Assembly (NCBI GenBank): GCA_947626145.1
Contig: CANQRB010000004.1
Location: 29,250 to 93,249 of the forward strand
Reading direction: 5' to 3'
Length of the DNA: 64,000 nucleotides
Source: an uncultured Clostridia bacterium
GTDB lineage: Bacteria; Bacillota; Clostridia; UMGS1883
This document shows, piece after piece, positions 18,245 to 28,237 of the stretch (the first letter of the stretch is position 1; every line of letters begins with the position of its first letter). The position numbers were made by a program, and so were the translations under genes. The notes below the pieces were generated by a model. The model saw nothing but the letters and a program-made list of their open reading frames with translations, was not told the origin of the DNA and did not search any database.

Positions 18245-20366
18245 GATTGTAACCTCCAATTTTATTTATTCACTTTCTAATTGCAGGAAAACACCGCCAC
18301 TGTATGTCACGCCCCCTTTTGGGCGAATTTGTCCTCCGTACAATAAAAAATGCGCAGCTCATCGGAGCCGCGCACGAAAAATGCTTAGCTCCGAATTTAC
18401 TGCGACATAAATTAATATAACACAAAAGAAACGCATTTTTGGCACTCGCTCATTAAAAATGCAACCAGAGCGTTACAGGAGCAGCATTTTTACCAATGCT
18501 AATGTTGCTCCGGTTAGCACTTTTATACGTTAGAATGTTAAAACAATGATAGAAAATATAGGTACTCAAAAAAGAGCGCAAAAAGCGAACTTAATAAGCG
18601 TTTCTATATTAATCTATGTCGCAAATAAAGTATACCACACATTTTTCCGGTTGTAAAGTGTTTTTTTTTCGTAAATGAATAATTTTTTATAACATATTCG
18701 CCGCGAAACCCATCTAGGCGCTTATCTTGCTGCTGAACGGCTCCCCGACTGTTTTACAAAAGAGTCGAACATTGCACAAATTCGTTCTTCGTAGGAAGGA
18801 GCTGCCACAACATTTCCCTCCTTTTGCTAAAAATTGTTCTTGGTCGGTTTTCCCCCCCTTTGTAATACCGGAACAATTTAAGTTATACAAAATCGGAAAT
18901 TTTTTTAAATTATCTGAAAAAGTCAAAATAAAAAGGACAGATTAATATCTATCATTCTCAGTATTCAATTACATCGCCTTTAAAAATCCCCTCCGGCGCA
19001 TGAGGGGGTTTACGCCGGAGAAAATTTTATATATCAAAGAGGCCCGTGCCTCTTAATTTTTGCGGCCGGTTATGCCTGAGTCGCGGCGTCCGTCTTGACT
19101 CTGCGGAAGCGCACCAGACCCGTACGGTGAAGGGCAACCATTATTGCCGGGATAAGCACAAGTTGAAGTATTATTCCGGGGATGGCGTTAAGCACCGCAG
19201 TCTGCGCAGGACAAAAAACCTGAAAAGATGTCGATTTCGCCTGACTTTGTTGGTCTATGTTGCATGGCGATCCGCTTCTGTGCAAGCTCAAAGATTTCTT
19301 CGTCAATTAACGGCTCATGCGTATTAGGTAAGAAATAGCGTTGTTCTGCCTCTTTTTCGACTTATACGAAACCTTGTGTGTTTTCTCAGTGATGATATGC
19401 CCTAAATACTTTTACCGTGTCAGGATGTCAAACAGCGTTTTCTCCGGCCATGTGTAAGGAGCGATCAAGGCTTTCTGATGTCGCGCATTCCTCGTCCGCT
19501 CATAACGTAATGCACCGATTGTCAAAACCTTGTTGTCGTCAAGCCATCGCTGAATATCGCACATCTGAGTATCCTTCACATACATGACGAAAATCTGCTT
19601 GACTATGAGATGTATCCGTATGGATATTCCCCGTTGACGTGCTCGCCCTTTTGAGTCCGCGCCTGCTTTGCGGCTCGGTGGTTGTCGCTCGGCATATTCT
19701 CTCGGATATGTGTCATGGCACACCCGCCGTATGGCTCGGCGCAAAAGGGATGTGTCCTTTGTTGCTGTTATGATGCCTCGCTGTTATCTTGCGGGCAAAT
19801 TTGTCGAGGTTCGTACAGATGGGGAGTATCGGAAAGGGGGATTTATGCGCCGCTCCAGGTCGTCGGGTCAGTTCACCTGAAAAGTCAGAATTTTTGTAAT
19901 GAGCTTCGTTTCCAGTCTGCTGATCTTCGTCTACGCACAAATGAGGATTGCCATACTCGTCGTTTTCGATGTACACTGTATGATCCAGAATACCGAAAGC
20001 CCTGTCCTCTTTGAAATAACTGTCTCAGACTGAAAGCTGATTCATTACTTCAACAGGAAATTCGACAAAGAAAATCGCCTGCCTGCACATGGCAGGCGGG
20101 CGAAACGGAACTAACAGAAGTATTTACGTGATTTATGTGTTCATCTTCCTCGGCAGGGTATCCCGCTTGCTGGGTCAGACTTCTTTTGAGCGAAGAACCA
20201 TTGCCGGAATTTGTCGATATGGAATAGGCTTCATGGCGGCTACCTCCTGTTAGCCGCCATACCTGTTAGCCTGCAGTTTCTTCCCTTGTATCAAGAGAAA
20301 TGGCAGCCTATGAAAAACAAGCATATAACCAAGAGCAGCAGTATATAGGCTCTGCGTCTATGCGTC

Positions 20367-20530
20367 TTACTCTTTTACAACCTCGATCCGTAGGTGTTCC
20401 TCGTTAATCAGCGTTTTGCGTTTGCATTTGGGACAATACAACGGAAAGTTCTCCAGAATGGTATCTTCCAGTATTTTAATTCGTGTTTTGCTTTTACAAA
20501 CAGGACACAACACCAAAACGCTTTTATTTA
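20367..20530 (-). CDS. Cysteine-rich KTR-domain small protein (~50 aa), likely from a mobile-element backbone
   Basis: Minus-strand translation LCPVCKSKTRIKILEDTILENFPLYCPKCKRKTLINEEHLRIEVVKE matches the Cys_rich_KTR family (two CxxC pairs). The start is probably GTG/TTG. Not in the ORF track (short). Confidence 0.4.
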
Positions 20531-20716
20531 CTCCGATTCGAACTACTCCCTGCGAATTGCAATAAGTGTTTTAAACTATTACCCTCAACAAAGCACAACA
20601 ACCAGATATTTCCTGACGGCAATTTTTTGCGAAATGATTCCCGTAATTATCGTCGATGCATTGCTGTGAGCAGGTATTTATTTTGTAAAAAGTCGTTGCT
20701 GCCCGTATTTTAATTT

Positions 20717-21340
20717 TTACGATTTTTTGAACTTCGTTTTAAGCGCCTCAAAGTTTGCTTTCAGCTTGGCACGCTCAGCTTCCATTTTCTGCTTGCGTTC
20801 TGCGCTACGCTCAGCGTGCATCTTACGGCGAGCTTCGTCGGCAAGTTCTTTTTCTACGCGCATTGCTTCTTCTACCTCGTCCTGTACCAATGTAGCATCG
20901 CGTCGAAGAATCGTCGTTTGAAACTTATCGAACCGAAAATCCAGTGCATGATCTGTTTCCTCCTGCGCAAGGAGAAGAATCGCGACCTCACCGTCCTCCA
21001 GCTTTGATCCAACCGTTTCCAGCATTGTGTTGTTCCGATCCACATCATCAATGTCTTTGGCGCTTCCAATCAGATGACCTGTCATACCACCCAAAAGGAT
21101 GCCGAGAGGACCACCGAGAATTCCGATCAGACCGCCAATCAGACCGCCCGCGAGGGCGTCATCGCTGCTGTCCATGCCGCTTGTGAATGAGTCTATGGTG
21201 GAAATTATATTACCGTTTTTCTTTACAAGCGCCCCTTGCAATACGGTATATTGCGGCATAATTGGCTGCTTTTTGATTCCCATGTAGGCTTGATAGCCCT
21301 CGCTTTCCACATTGAACAAAATAGTTAAGACATTTTCCAT
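20717..21340 (-). CDS. Hypothetical protein with a glycine-zipper core and Lys/Glu-rich coiled-coil tail
   Basis: 207 aa. GGLIGGLIGILGGPLGILLGGMTGHLIGS glycine-zipper motif, and a C-terminal ERSAERKQKMEAERAKLKANFEALKTKFKK. GAAAGGAAG RBS. Confidence 0.7.
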   Translation of the reverse strand: MENVLTILFNVESEGYQAYMGIKKQPIMPQYTVLQGALVKKNGNIISTIDSFTSGMDSSDDALAGGLIGGLIGILGGPLGILLGGMTGHLIGSAKDIDDVDRNNTMLETVGSKLEDGEVAILLLAQEETDHALDFRFDKFQTTILRRDATLVQDEVEEAMRVEKELADEARRKMHAERSAERKQKMEAERAKLKANFEALKTKFKKS

Positions 21341-21538
21341 TCGTGAAACTTCCTTTCTTTTGTTGTTATTTTAATCACTAAATTGCTTTTGCCAATCTAT
21401 ACACGAAATCAATTATATTGCGCCTAAAAACTTTGTATATCGGTGTTTCGGGCAATAGGGGTAACCATTAACGGACGCCGCGTCATCTCGTATTTAATCG
21501 CAAGTTTTCCTCGATCAAAGAGAAACGTAATTGCCTTT

Positions 21539-21988
21539 TTATCTCCTGTTTGCTTTTTTCAGTTCCTTTTGGGCGGCTTTGATTTCCCGTTGCAGTTCGT
21601 CAAGTTCCTGTTCCAGTGCGTCGGCAATATAATCTCCGGTAATCACAGCGGCACGAATCATACAGGCGGTGCTTACAATGGCATCCTCCACCTCTTTTCC
21701 GAGTCCGAGGAGTTCCAGAGAACCTGTGCCGTTTTCATCGTACAGCACCACGTCCGGAATCCCGTTTTTATCCGTGTCTCCGAAGTACAGATTGAATTCT
21801 CCGTCGCCGGTGAGATCCACCGCCAGCGTGTCAATATCTCCGTCGCCGGTGGTATCAAGCAAAGCCAAATCCGCTTCTTTATCTCCGTCAATATCGATCA
21901 AAATCTCGTCTTTTCCACTGCGAAGCAGTGTCTTGTGCCAGTCGCGGTCAAATTTCATTTTAGTTTTCAATTTTCTGAGGGTTCCCAT
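21539..21988 (-). CDS. Hypothetical protein with tandem DxDxDG (EF-hand/dockerin-like) calcium-binding repeats
   Basis: 149 aa. DIDGDKEAD, DTTGDGDID, DLTGDGEFN and DTDKNGIPD loops. C-terminal amphipathic helix LEQELDELQREIKAAQKELKK. AAAGGAG RBS. The overlapping plus ORF 21443-22039 is rejected. Confidence 0.7.
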   Translation of the reverse strand: MGTLRKLKTKMKFDRDWHKTLLRSGKDEILIDIDGDKEADLALLDTTGDGDIDTLAVDLTGDGEFNLYFGDTDKNGIPDVVLYDENGTGSLELLGLGKEVEDAIVSTACMIRAAVITGDYIADALEQELDELQREIKAAQKELKKANRR

Positions 21989-22039
21989 AGGTCATTGCTC
22001 CTTTTCTTTTATTTTGGGCTTTTTCAGCCTTTTTTATAG

Positions 22040-22330
22040 GGTTATTCTGTCCGCAACACAAACAGGGGCTCTCTTTGCGGCATTTCTGGAGGGGATGATG
22101 CCGGCAATTTCTGACGCAACAAGCACCCCACCCCTGTGGTGGCCGGGTAGTGTTTAACTTCGAAATAAATCAATGAAATCATTAGTAATCTTATAACTTC
22201 TCCCTTGATTTATTCCGTTTCATCCGATCCCATTTTTGCAGCAGCCTCTTTATAGAAACATCCAAATATCCAATATAATTTTGCCACCGTAAAATCCGCT
22301 TATGATAGGGGCCTTCCTTTCCAAAAAACT
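22040..22330 (-). pseudogene. Rearrangement scar: relic SAS leader fused to a GT8 3' end fragment and a pgsA-like 5' fragment
   Basis: 22040-22140 parallels the first ~35 codons of the PgsA-like gene (22987..). 22140-22260 parallels the last 15 codons of the GT8 gene (FYKEAAAKMGSDETE vs FYKEAVAKMRSDETE) plus the intergenic spacer. 22290-22330 repeats the SAS gene leader/RBS (ttttttggaaaggaagg). No intact ORF. Confidence 0.6.
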
Positions 22331-22368
22331 TGTTGGATTGATACCGTCTCTGCCGCTTCTCACAAATC

Positions 22369-22403
22369 ATGATAGCAGAGAAATCTAAACTGAAACGAAA
22401 CTG
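22369..22403 (-). promoter_or_regulatory. Conserved promoter module, copy 1 (TTTCAGTTTAGATT box + TGC-TATCAT)
   Basis: Minus-sense GTTTCGTTTCAGTTTAGATTTCTCTGCTATCATGA. It lies upstream of the scar and of the 21988/21340 genes. Confidence 0.55.
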
Positions 22404-22414
22404 TCTTTTTTCTT

Positions 22415-22987
22415 TTATTTGTGCGGAACAGGATTGTTTTTACTCAAAATATGCTTATAGTATCGGATATAAAGGATGAGAGACATAATCATCAAACATC
22501 CGCTTATTAGAATTAGACCATTTGCTATTTTCAATGGGATATCGGGGAAAAGGATAAGCACAGATATAACAATATACAAAAAAACTGTGTTCAACTTTCC
22601 ATACCATTTTGCGCTGTTGACAGTATCTTTTCGTTTCAAAGCAAGATATCCAAGCGTGGCCATGCAGATTTCTTTTCCGATAAACAATACGATCAGAACA
22701 GACATCCACTTATACCGACTCGAAAGGCAGACAATAAGTACACATTGCGTCAATTTATCCGCTATGGGGTCTAATATCTTGCCAAGATCGGATACCATAT
22801 GGAACTTCCGTGCAATGATACCATCAGCAATGTCCGTAATTGCTGACGCGACAAGCACTCCTGTGGCTGCTTGGTAGTGTTTGACCCCGATATAAAGCCA
22901 TACGATCAGCGGGATCATCAGTAATCTTATAACGCTAAGCAAATTCGGTATGGTCAGGATTTGGTCTTTTTTGAATATCCTGTGCAT
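22415..22987 (-). CDS. CDP-alcohol phosphatidyltransferase (PgsA-like)
   Basis: 190 aa, polytopic. Signature DIADGIIARKFHMVSDLGKILDPIADK (D-G-x2-A-R...G...D...D). Confidence 0.8.
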   Translation of the reverse strand: MHRIFKKDQILTIPNLLSVIRLLMIPLIVWLYIGVKHYQAATGVLVASAITDIADGIIARKFHMVSDLGKILDPIADKLTQCVLIVCLSSRYKWMSVLIVLFIGKEICMATLGYLALKRKDTVNSAKWYGKLNTVFLYIVISVLILFPDIPLKIANGLILISGCLMIMSLILYIRYYKHILSKNNPVPHK

Positions 22988-23005
22988 TGAATATCCTCCC
23001 TTAAT

Positions 23006-23851
23006 CTATTCCGTTTCATCTGATCTCATTTTTGCAACAGCCTCTTTATAGAACACATCCAAATCTCCGATATAATTTTCTTTCCACGGTTTATTCCTTC
23101 CGCAGTAGTGAATTATAATGGAGTGCTTTCGTACCCAATTCAAATCAAGACTTTTTTCAAATGGACTGTGCACCCGATAAAGCCACTCTGTCATGTTATA
23201 TCGAAATGGGTCCAGCGTATAGATTTTGCTGCCATACAGGCTGCTGATAATGTCCTGATCCGGAAAGACAAGATGAGATTTTCTCTTTTCGATGAAGTGA
23301 AACACATCCGCATAGTCCTGCTCTTTCCGTAAAAGCGAGAGGTTCATGAGCAACACGCCGGAATTAATATATGGGCTGTTGTCATCCATATCCAGACGCA
23401 GTTCATTGAACTTATGGAGAAACCCAAGACTGTCAATGTGTGACGCTGCCGCATAATAGTATTCTTCCATCGAGGTCTGATACAGTGGAAGAATCGAACC
23501 ATTGAGAACAAGATCGGGGTCAAGATAGAGCACGCGGTCGAGAGTCTCCGGCAGATAGCGTGCAGCAAAAATACGGTAATAAATCTCTTGTGGATAGCGC
23601 GAAGTTGTTGGGGCCTCGTCAAGCGCCAAATAATCAGCCTTTATTGGGATCAGACATCCTCCTGCCTTAAAAAGCATTTTTTCGGTTGCTTTAAGCGCCT
23701 GCTTTGAAATTGAGGAATGAAGAAGATACACATGGAATACGCAGCCTGGGTTGGAGCGAATCAAGGTTGAAAGCATCACATTCAAATAGGGGATGTAGTT
23801 TTCATCCAAAGTAACAAGAATATTAATCGGATTTATCAATCCAGGATTCAT
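23006..23851 (-). CDS. Family 8 glycosyltransferase (GspA/LPS glucosyltransferase-like)
   Basis: Start at MNPGLINPINILVTLDENYIPYL (GGAGGG RBS; the track's upstream extension is rejected). YLDPDLV DxD motif and a GT8 core. Confidence 0.8.
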   Translation of the reverse strand: MNPGLINPINILVTLDENYIPYLNVMLSTLIRSNPGCVFHVYLLHSSISKQALKATEKMLFKAGGCLIPIKADYLALDEAPTTSRYPQEIYYRIFAARYLPETLDRVLYLDPDLVLNGSILPLYQTSMEEYYYAAASHIDSLGFLHKFNELRLDMDDNSPYINSGVLLMNLSLLRKEQDYADVFHFIEKRKSHLVFPDQDIISSLYGSKIYTLDPFRYNMTEWLYRVHSPFEKSLDLNWVRKHSIIIHYCGRNKPWKENYIGDLDVFYKEAVAKMRSDETE

Positions 23852-23917
23852 TTTAATCCCTCCCTGTTTCTTATGTTGTATATAGTCTTCTTCACCCATT
23901 CACAAATCCTACCATTT

Positions 23918-24625
23918 CTATCGTGGTTTCAGAGTATTTTTATTTTGTTGGGTCTTTTTTAAGAGGTTATCCATTCTCCGATCAAGTTCCGCGCTGAGGT
24001 TTGCGCACTGATAAAGTTCCTCAGCCATTTCCGGGGTAAATGCAGAATCCTTTTTATAACGAAGCTGATGTTCAAGGCTGGCCCAGAAATCCATCGCTAT
24101 CGTGCGCAGCTGAATTTCTACTTTCATCATCCGTTTTTCATGTGCCAAAAAGATCGGAATTGCTACAATCAGATGCAGACTTCTATATCCGTTGGGTTTC
24201 GGGTTTTTTATGTAGTCCTTTTTTTCAATCAGGGTAATGTCATCCTGTATGAGCAATGCCTCTGACAGCGCATAAACATCGTCCGGAAATGAGCAGATTA
24301 CTCGAACACCGGCAATATCGTTTAGATTTTCTTCTATAGAGGAAAGTGTGGGCGGGATGCCCCGCCGCTCCAATTTTTCTTTTATGCTGCGGGGATTTTT
24401 CAGTCTGGTTTTGATACTGCTTATCGGATTACGGTCGAATTCCAAAGAATATTCTTCATTCAACACATTGAATTTTGTTTCAATCTCCATCATGGCACAT
24501 TTGTAATAGGACATCAGGCGGATAAAAGGTACAGATTTTCTCTGCATCCAGTCGATTGTCTGATCGTCCACAATAGAGAGCATTCGTGTTTTTATATTTT
24601 CATCCTCTTGATTCCATTCAGACAT
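23918..24625 (-). CDS. Small alarmone synthetase (RelA/SpoT-domain GTP pyrophosphokinase, RelQ/RelP-like)
   Basis: Start at MSEWNQ with GGAAAGGAAG RBS. Synthetase motifs GYRSLHLIV, EIQLRT, DFWASLEH.LRYK. ~235 aa with no hydrolase domain. Confidence 0.8.
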   Translation of the reverse strand: MSEWNQEDENIKTRMLSIVDDQTIDWMQRKSVPFIRLMSYYKCAMMEIETKFNVLNEEYSLEFDRNPISSIKTRLKNPRSIKEKLERRGIPPTLSSIEENLNDIAGVRVICSFPDDVYALSEALLIQDDITLIEKKDYIKNPKPNGYRSLHLIVAIPIFLAHEKRMMKVEIQLRTIAMDFWASLEHQLRYKKDSAFTPEMAEELYQCANLSAELDRRMDNLLKKTQQNKNTLKPR

Positions 24626-24692
24626 TCTGATCTTCCTTTCCAAAAAACAAAGCTTGTTGGATCAATACCGGCTCTGCCGCTTTTCGCAGGTA

Positions 24693-24724
24693 ATGATAGC
24701 AGAGAAAACTAAACTGAAACAAAA
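24693..24724 (-). promoter_or_regulatory. Conserved promoter module, copy 2 (upstream of the SAS-GT8-pgsA operon)
   Basis: Minus-sense GTTTTGTTTCAGTTTAGTTTTCTCTGCTATCATTA. The -10 is ~70 nt from the start codon. Confidence 0.55.
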
Positions 24725-24818
24725 CAACGACGGACCCTTCGAAAAAGAAGAATCCGTCTGACCGCTTTACGGCGGAAGTAATAAACTAATTTTATAACCA
24801 TTTCGCAAGTTGACTGTA

Positions 24819-26588
24819 TCAAGCTGCAAGGCAGCGAGCGTTGGCGCTGGATTGCTCCAGCCGGTCAGATGCTGCTTTGATTGCAGCCATCTCACTTTCA
24901 GTTACGGTTTCCGGTTTATATTTGCCAAGCAACTTTCGTAATGCAGAACAGTCTTCTTTAATCTGCTTTTTTTCTTCTTTTTCAAGCTGCTTCCCAACTT
25001 TGTGCAATGCCTGTTCAGCTTCTGATAATACCTTCCCTGCGCGATTAACCATTTCTAAAGAGTTACGGCGAACACCATCCTGTGCCGCATACTGTTCCGC
25101 ATCGCGAATCGCCTGTTCAATCTCCGCATCGGACATTTTATCATTGTTCGAAATGGTAATAGACTGTGCTTTCCCCGTATCCAAATCTCTTGCGGACACT
25201 TTTAAAATTCCATTGGCATCAATGTCGAAAGTAACTTCAATCTGCGGCACTCCTGCGGGGGCTTTCTTAATTCCGTTAAGTTTGAATTTGCCGATGGTCT
25301 TATTATCGCGTGCCATTGGCCGTTCTCCTTGTAGAACATGAATTTCCACACTGCTTTGAAACGGTGCCGCGGTTGAAAAAATCTGTGAATAGTGAATGGG
25401 CAAAGTGGAATTTCTCTCCACAAGACGTGTTGCGACACCGCCTACTGTTTCAATAGAAAGGCTGAGAGGGGTAACATCCAAAAGAAGGATACCGTTTTCC
25501 GAACCGGCAATCTGCAGCGAACCGCCAGAAAGCGTGTCTCCCTGAATGGCGGCGCCCTGAGCAACACACTCATCCGGATTGATATTCTTTGACGGTATAA
25601 TACCGGTCAATTGACGCACTTTTTCCTGAACAGCGGGAATACGGGTTGCGCCTCCGACAAGGATGACCTTGCCAAGTTCGGATGGCGCAATACCAGCATC
25701 ATTCAAGGCGTTCTGTACCGGAATTGCTGTTCGATCCACAAGATCGCGGGTCAGCTCGTTGAATTTGGCACGGGTGAGGATAGTATCAAAGTGTATTATG
25801 CCGTCCTTTTCCTGGGCCAGGTACGGCAGGCTTATCATAGCGTTCTCTGAGCCGGACAGTTCCTTTTTTGCCTGTTCAGCCGCTTCACGCACACGCTGCA
25901 ATGCTACATAATCTTTTTTTACATCTGTATGATACTGCCTCTGAATTTCCGAAATCAAATACTCAGTGATACGCTCATCAAAGTCATCGCCGCCCAAATG
26001 GTTATCACCATTTGTTGCCAGAACTTCTATAACGCCGTCTCCAATCTCAATGATGGAAACATCAAAAGTACCGCCGCCAAGGTCATATACCATGACCTTT
26101 TGCTGTGTTCCGTTATCCAGCCCGTAAGCAAGCGCGGCGCTGGTTGGCTCATTAATAATCCGTTTTACATTTAAGCCTGCAATTCGCCCGGCATCTTTTG
26201 TGGCCTGTCGCTGAATATCGTTAAAATAAGCGGGTACAGTGATGACCGCGTCCGTCACTTCCTCTCCAAGAAAGGCTTCTGCATCCTTGCGCAGTTTTCG
26301 TAGAATCATTGCACTGATCTCCTGCGGCGTAAATCTTTTACCGTCAATATTGATAGTCCAATCCGTCCCCATGTGACGTTTCACAGACGAAACGGTTCGG
26401 GACGCATTAGTAACCGCCTGTCGTCTTGCCGTTTCACCCACTAACCGTTCACCGGATGCGGTAAAAGCAACAATGCTGGGAGTGGTTCTTCCGCCTTGTT
26501 CGCTTGGAATGATAACGGGTTTGCCGCCCTCTACAAAAGCGACGCAGCTATTCGTTGTTCCAAGATCAATACCGATTGTTTTTCCCAC
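24819..26588 (-). CDS. Hsp70-family chaperone paralog (DnaK-like, not in a canonical hrcA-grpE-dnaK-dnaJ context)
   Basis: Probable GTG start at [14 protein letters not shown] (GGAAAGGATGG RBS). Complete actin-like NBD ([24 protein letters not shown]) and substrate-binding domain. Neither grpE nor a full dnaJ is adjacent. Confidence 0.85.
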   Translation of the reverse strand: MGKTIGIDLGTTNSCVAFVEGGKPVIIPSEQGGRTTPSIVAFTASGERLVGETARRQAVTNASRTVSSVKRHMGTDWTINIDGKRFTPQEISAMILRKLRKDAEAFLGEEVTDAVITVPAYFNDIQRQATKDAGRIAGLNVKRIINEPTSAALAYGLDNGTQQKVMVYDLGGGTFDVSIIEIGDGVIEVLATNGDNHLGGDDFDERITEYLISEIQRQYHTDVKKDYVALQRVREAAEQAKKELSGSENAMISLPYLAQEKDGIIHFDTILTRAKFNELTRDLVDRTAIPVQNALNDAGIAPSELGKVILVGGATRIPAVQEKVRQLTGIIPSKNINPDECVAQGAAIQGDTLSGGSLQIAGSENGILLLDVTPLSLSIETVGGVATRLVERNSTLPIHYSQIFSTAAPFQSSVEIHVLQGERPMARDNKTIGKFKLNGIKKAPAGVPQIEVTFDIDANGILKVSARDLDTGKAQSITISNNDKMSDAEIEQAIRDAEQYAAQDGVRRNSLEMVNRAGKVLSEAEQALHKVGKQLEKEEKKQIKEDCSALRKLLGKYKPETVTESEMAAIKAASDRLEQSSANARCLAA

Positions 26589-26605
26589 AGTAATTCCATC
26601 CTTTC

Positions 26606-27406
26606 CTACATACATCTAAGGCAGCCAAATGGGCCGCATAGGAATTGCATGGCTAAAAAGCCAAAACATATTTTTTGTATATTAGTGGCTTCCATATCGA
26701 AGCCTTTTGCATTTTGTTCATAGGTTTGCTCTGAACGGCGAAATTTTTGCAAAAGCAGATGATAGGTGCGATTATTCGGCTCCATTTGTGATGCTCTCTG
26801 CATATGGTCGATTGCCTGAACGGTGTTACCAAGACCATGATTGGCAAGAGCGCTTAAATAATACCACCTTGCACCTCGTCCTACGCTCGGTATACGGGTC
26901 AAAATCCAAATTGCCTCTTGATAGCGATGGTTATTGATTTCAGTAATGGCCTGCCTGATTTCCATATTGTCGCCCGGCTCAGGCTGCGGATTCATAAAAA
27001 CGGCATCATCATTGCCGTTCCGTTCAAATCCAAATCCAAAAATATTCCCAAAGTCAAAGCCGCCAAAATCGCTCGACCAGCCACCCGGACCTCGATAACC
27101 GCCAGAGCCGCCCTGCCTTTCATATCCGGTTCCACTATAACCGCCGTTTTGATTTTCCGTATATCCCCCATATTGCCTACTCTGTCCGTAAGATTGGCGC
27201 TGCTGTGCTCGCCTTGCCTCATACTTCTGCGGATTCATCAACATATCGTAGGCTTCATTCACCGCATTCATTTTTTGGCTCGCGGTCGGATCATCGGGAT
27301 GCAAGTCAGGATGATATTGCTTTGCCTTTTGACGATATGCTTTTTTTATTTCTTCTTTAGTCGCTCCTTTAGGAACGCCCAGAGTTTGATAAGGGTCATT
27401 GACCAT
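26606..27406 (-). CDS. J-domain protein (DnaJ N-terminal domain only) with a Gly/Tyr-rich linker and a helical C-terminal domain
   Basis: YQTLGV...[15 protein letters not shown] contains the HPD motif. It lacks the CxxCxGxG zinc-finger and the client-binding domains of true DnaJ. Confidence 0.8.
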   Translation of the reverse strand: MVNDPYQTLGVPKGATKEEIKKAYRQKAKQYHPDLHPDDPTASQKMNAVNEAYDMLMNPQKYEARRAQQRQSYGQSRQYGGYTENQNGGYSGTGYERQGGSGGYRGPGGWSSDFGGFDFGNIFGFGFERNGNDDAVFMNPQPEPGDNMEIRQAITEINNHRYQEAIWILTRIPSVGRGARWYYLSALANHGLGNTVQAIDHMQRASQMEPNNRTYHLLLQKFRRSEQTYEQNAKGFDMEATNIQKICFGFLAMQFLCGPFGCLRCM

Positions 27407-27409
27407 GGC

Positions 27410-28228
27410 TCACTTTTTCCTTTCCGTCTGCATTTGCCGGTTATATTTGATCCAAACGCCAGAATAAAGAATGTTCCTTAAAATGTGGGCGTCCTGGACA
27501 AGCGGCAGCGATTCAAAGGCTTCAGCAGCTTCTCCGAGAATGGTCTTCAGCATGGAGCGGATTTCTTCCTGACTCAGAGTGACAGAAGAAAAAGGATTAT
27601 AACTTCCTTTTTTCTGGTCATGCCTTAAATCAATCGCGGCATCGGCAAGATAGATATACTTTCCGATATGATAACCAAACTTCTGCAAACGCGGCATCCA
27701 GTGATCCGGCTCAACCACAAAAATCGTTGACATCAATCTGCCAAAGCTGTTGGCTGCCGCATCTGGAGAGGCGAAGCAGGATTTCTCAATTTCAGAGATT
27801 TCATTTATTTCCTTTTCGATGATCGAACACTGATCTTTTCTTGCTGCTCTGACTTCTTCATAAGCCTTTTTAAGCAGAGTGGCATAGCACTTGTGGGAGA
27901 TATTTCGATCATCGTTCCAGTCGTCAAGACATTTGAAGTATGTCAAGGCTATTGTCATATCGGCGGCATAGTCTATATATTTACCGGACAGATAATTATG
28001 TTTCTTGCATGGATGCACGGCACATCGCACCGCTTTGCTGGTTTCCTCCGGTTCATACAAGGATGATAAAAACATAGCCAAGAATGTCAGATCGTATGTC
28101 AGTCCCAATCGCGACCTAAATCCATACCTTTCCCCCAACGCATGACACAATCCGCAATAAAAGGCACGATACCGTTCTTTTTCTTCATCAGTAAGACCGG
28201 ATAAATTGGCCTGTATGATTCCAAACAT
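27410..28228 (-). CDS. Uncharacterized Cys-rich cytoplasmic protein co-operonic with the J-domain/Hsp70 pair
   Basis: 272 aa; N-terminus MFGIIQANLSGLTDEEKERYRAFYCGLCHALGERYGF. From memory it resembles DUF5685-type proteins that accompany Hsp70/J pairs in Clostridia; this is not verified here. Confidence 0.6.
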   Translation of the reverse strand: MFGIIQANLSGLTDEEKERYRAFYCGLCHALGERYGFRSRLGLTYDLTFLAMFLSSLYEPEETSKAVRCAVHPCKKHNYLSGKYIDYAADMTIALTYFKCLDDWNDDRNISHKCYATLLKKAYEEVRAARKDQCSIIEKEINEISEIEKSCFASPDAAANSFGRLMSTIFVVEPDHWMPRLQKFGYHIGKYIYLADAAIDLRHDQKKGSYNPFSSVTLSQEEIRSMLKTILGEAAEAFESLPLVQDAHILRNILYSGVWIKYNRQMQTERKK

Positions 28229-28237
28229 AGTGCCACC

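Noticed and set aside
18960-19030. Hairpin ctccggcg-catgagggggtttA-cgccggag as a terminator
   Set aside because: No adjacent T-run on either strand, and no nearby gene end. Recorded only as a stem-loop within the decayed region.
21443-22039. 198-aa plus-strand ORF overlapping the DxDxDG-repeat gene
   Set aside because: No RBS, and a Phe/Leu/Val-rich nonsense composition. The minus-strand frame has a good RBS and a coherent repeat architecture.
23918-24625. toxSAS toxin-antitoxin interpretation of the alarmone synthetase
   Set aside because: There is no adjacent small antitoxin-like ORF. The neighbours are metabolic membrane enzymes in one operon. The layout fits a housekeeping/stress RelQ/RelP-type SAS.
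24819-26615. ORF-track start [13 protein letters not shown] for the Hsp70
   Set aside because: The GTG nine codons downstream yields the canonical [15 protein letters not shown]-terminus and is preceded by a GGAAAGGATGG RBS. The upstream ATG would overlap the J-domain gene's terminal region.
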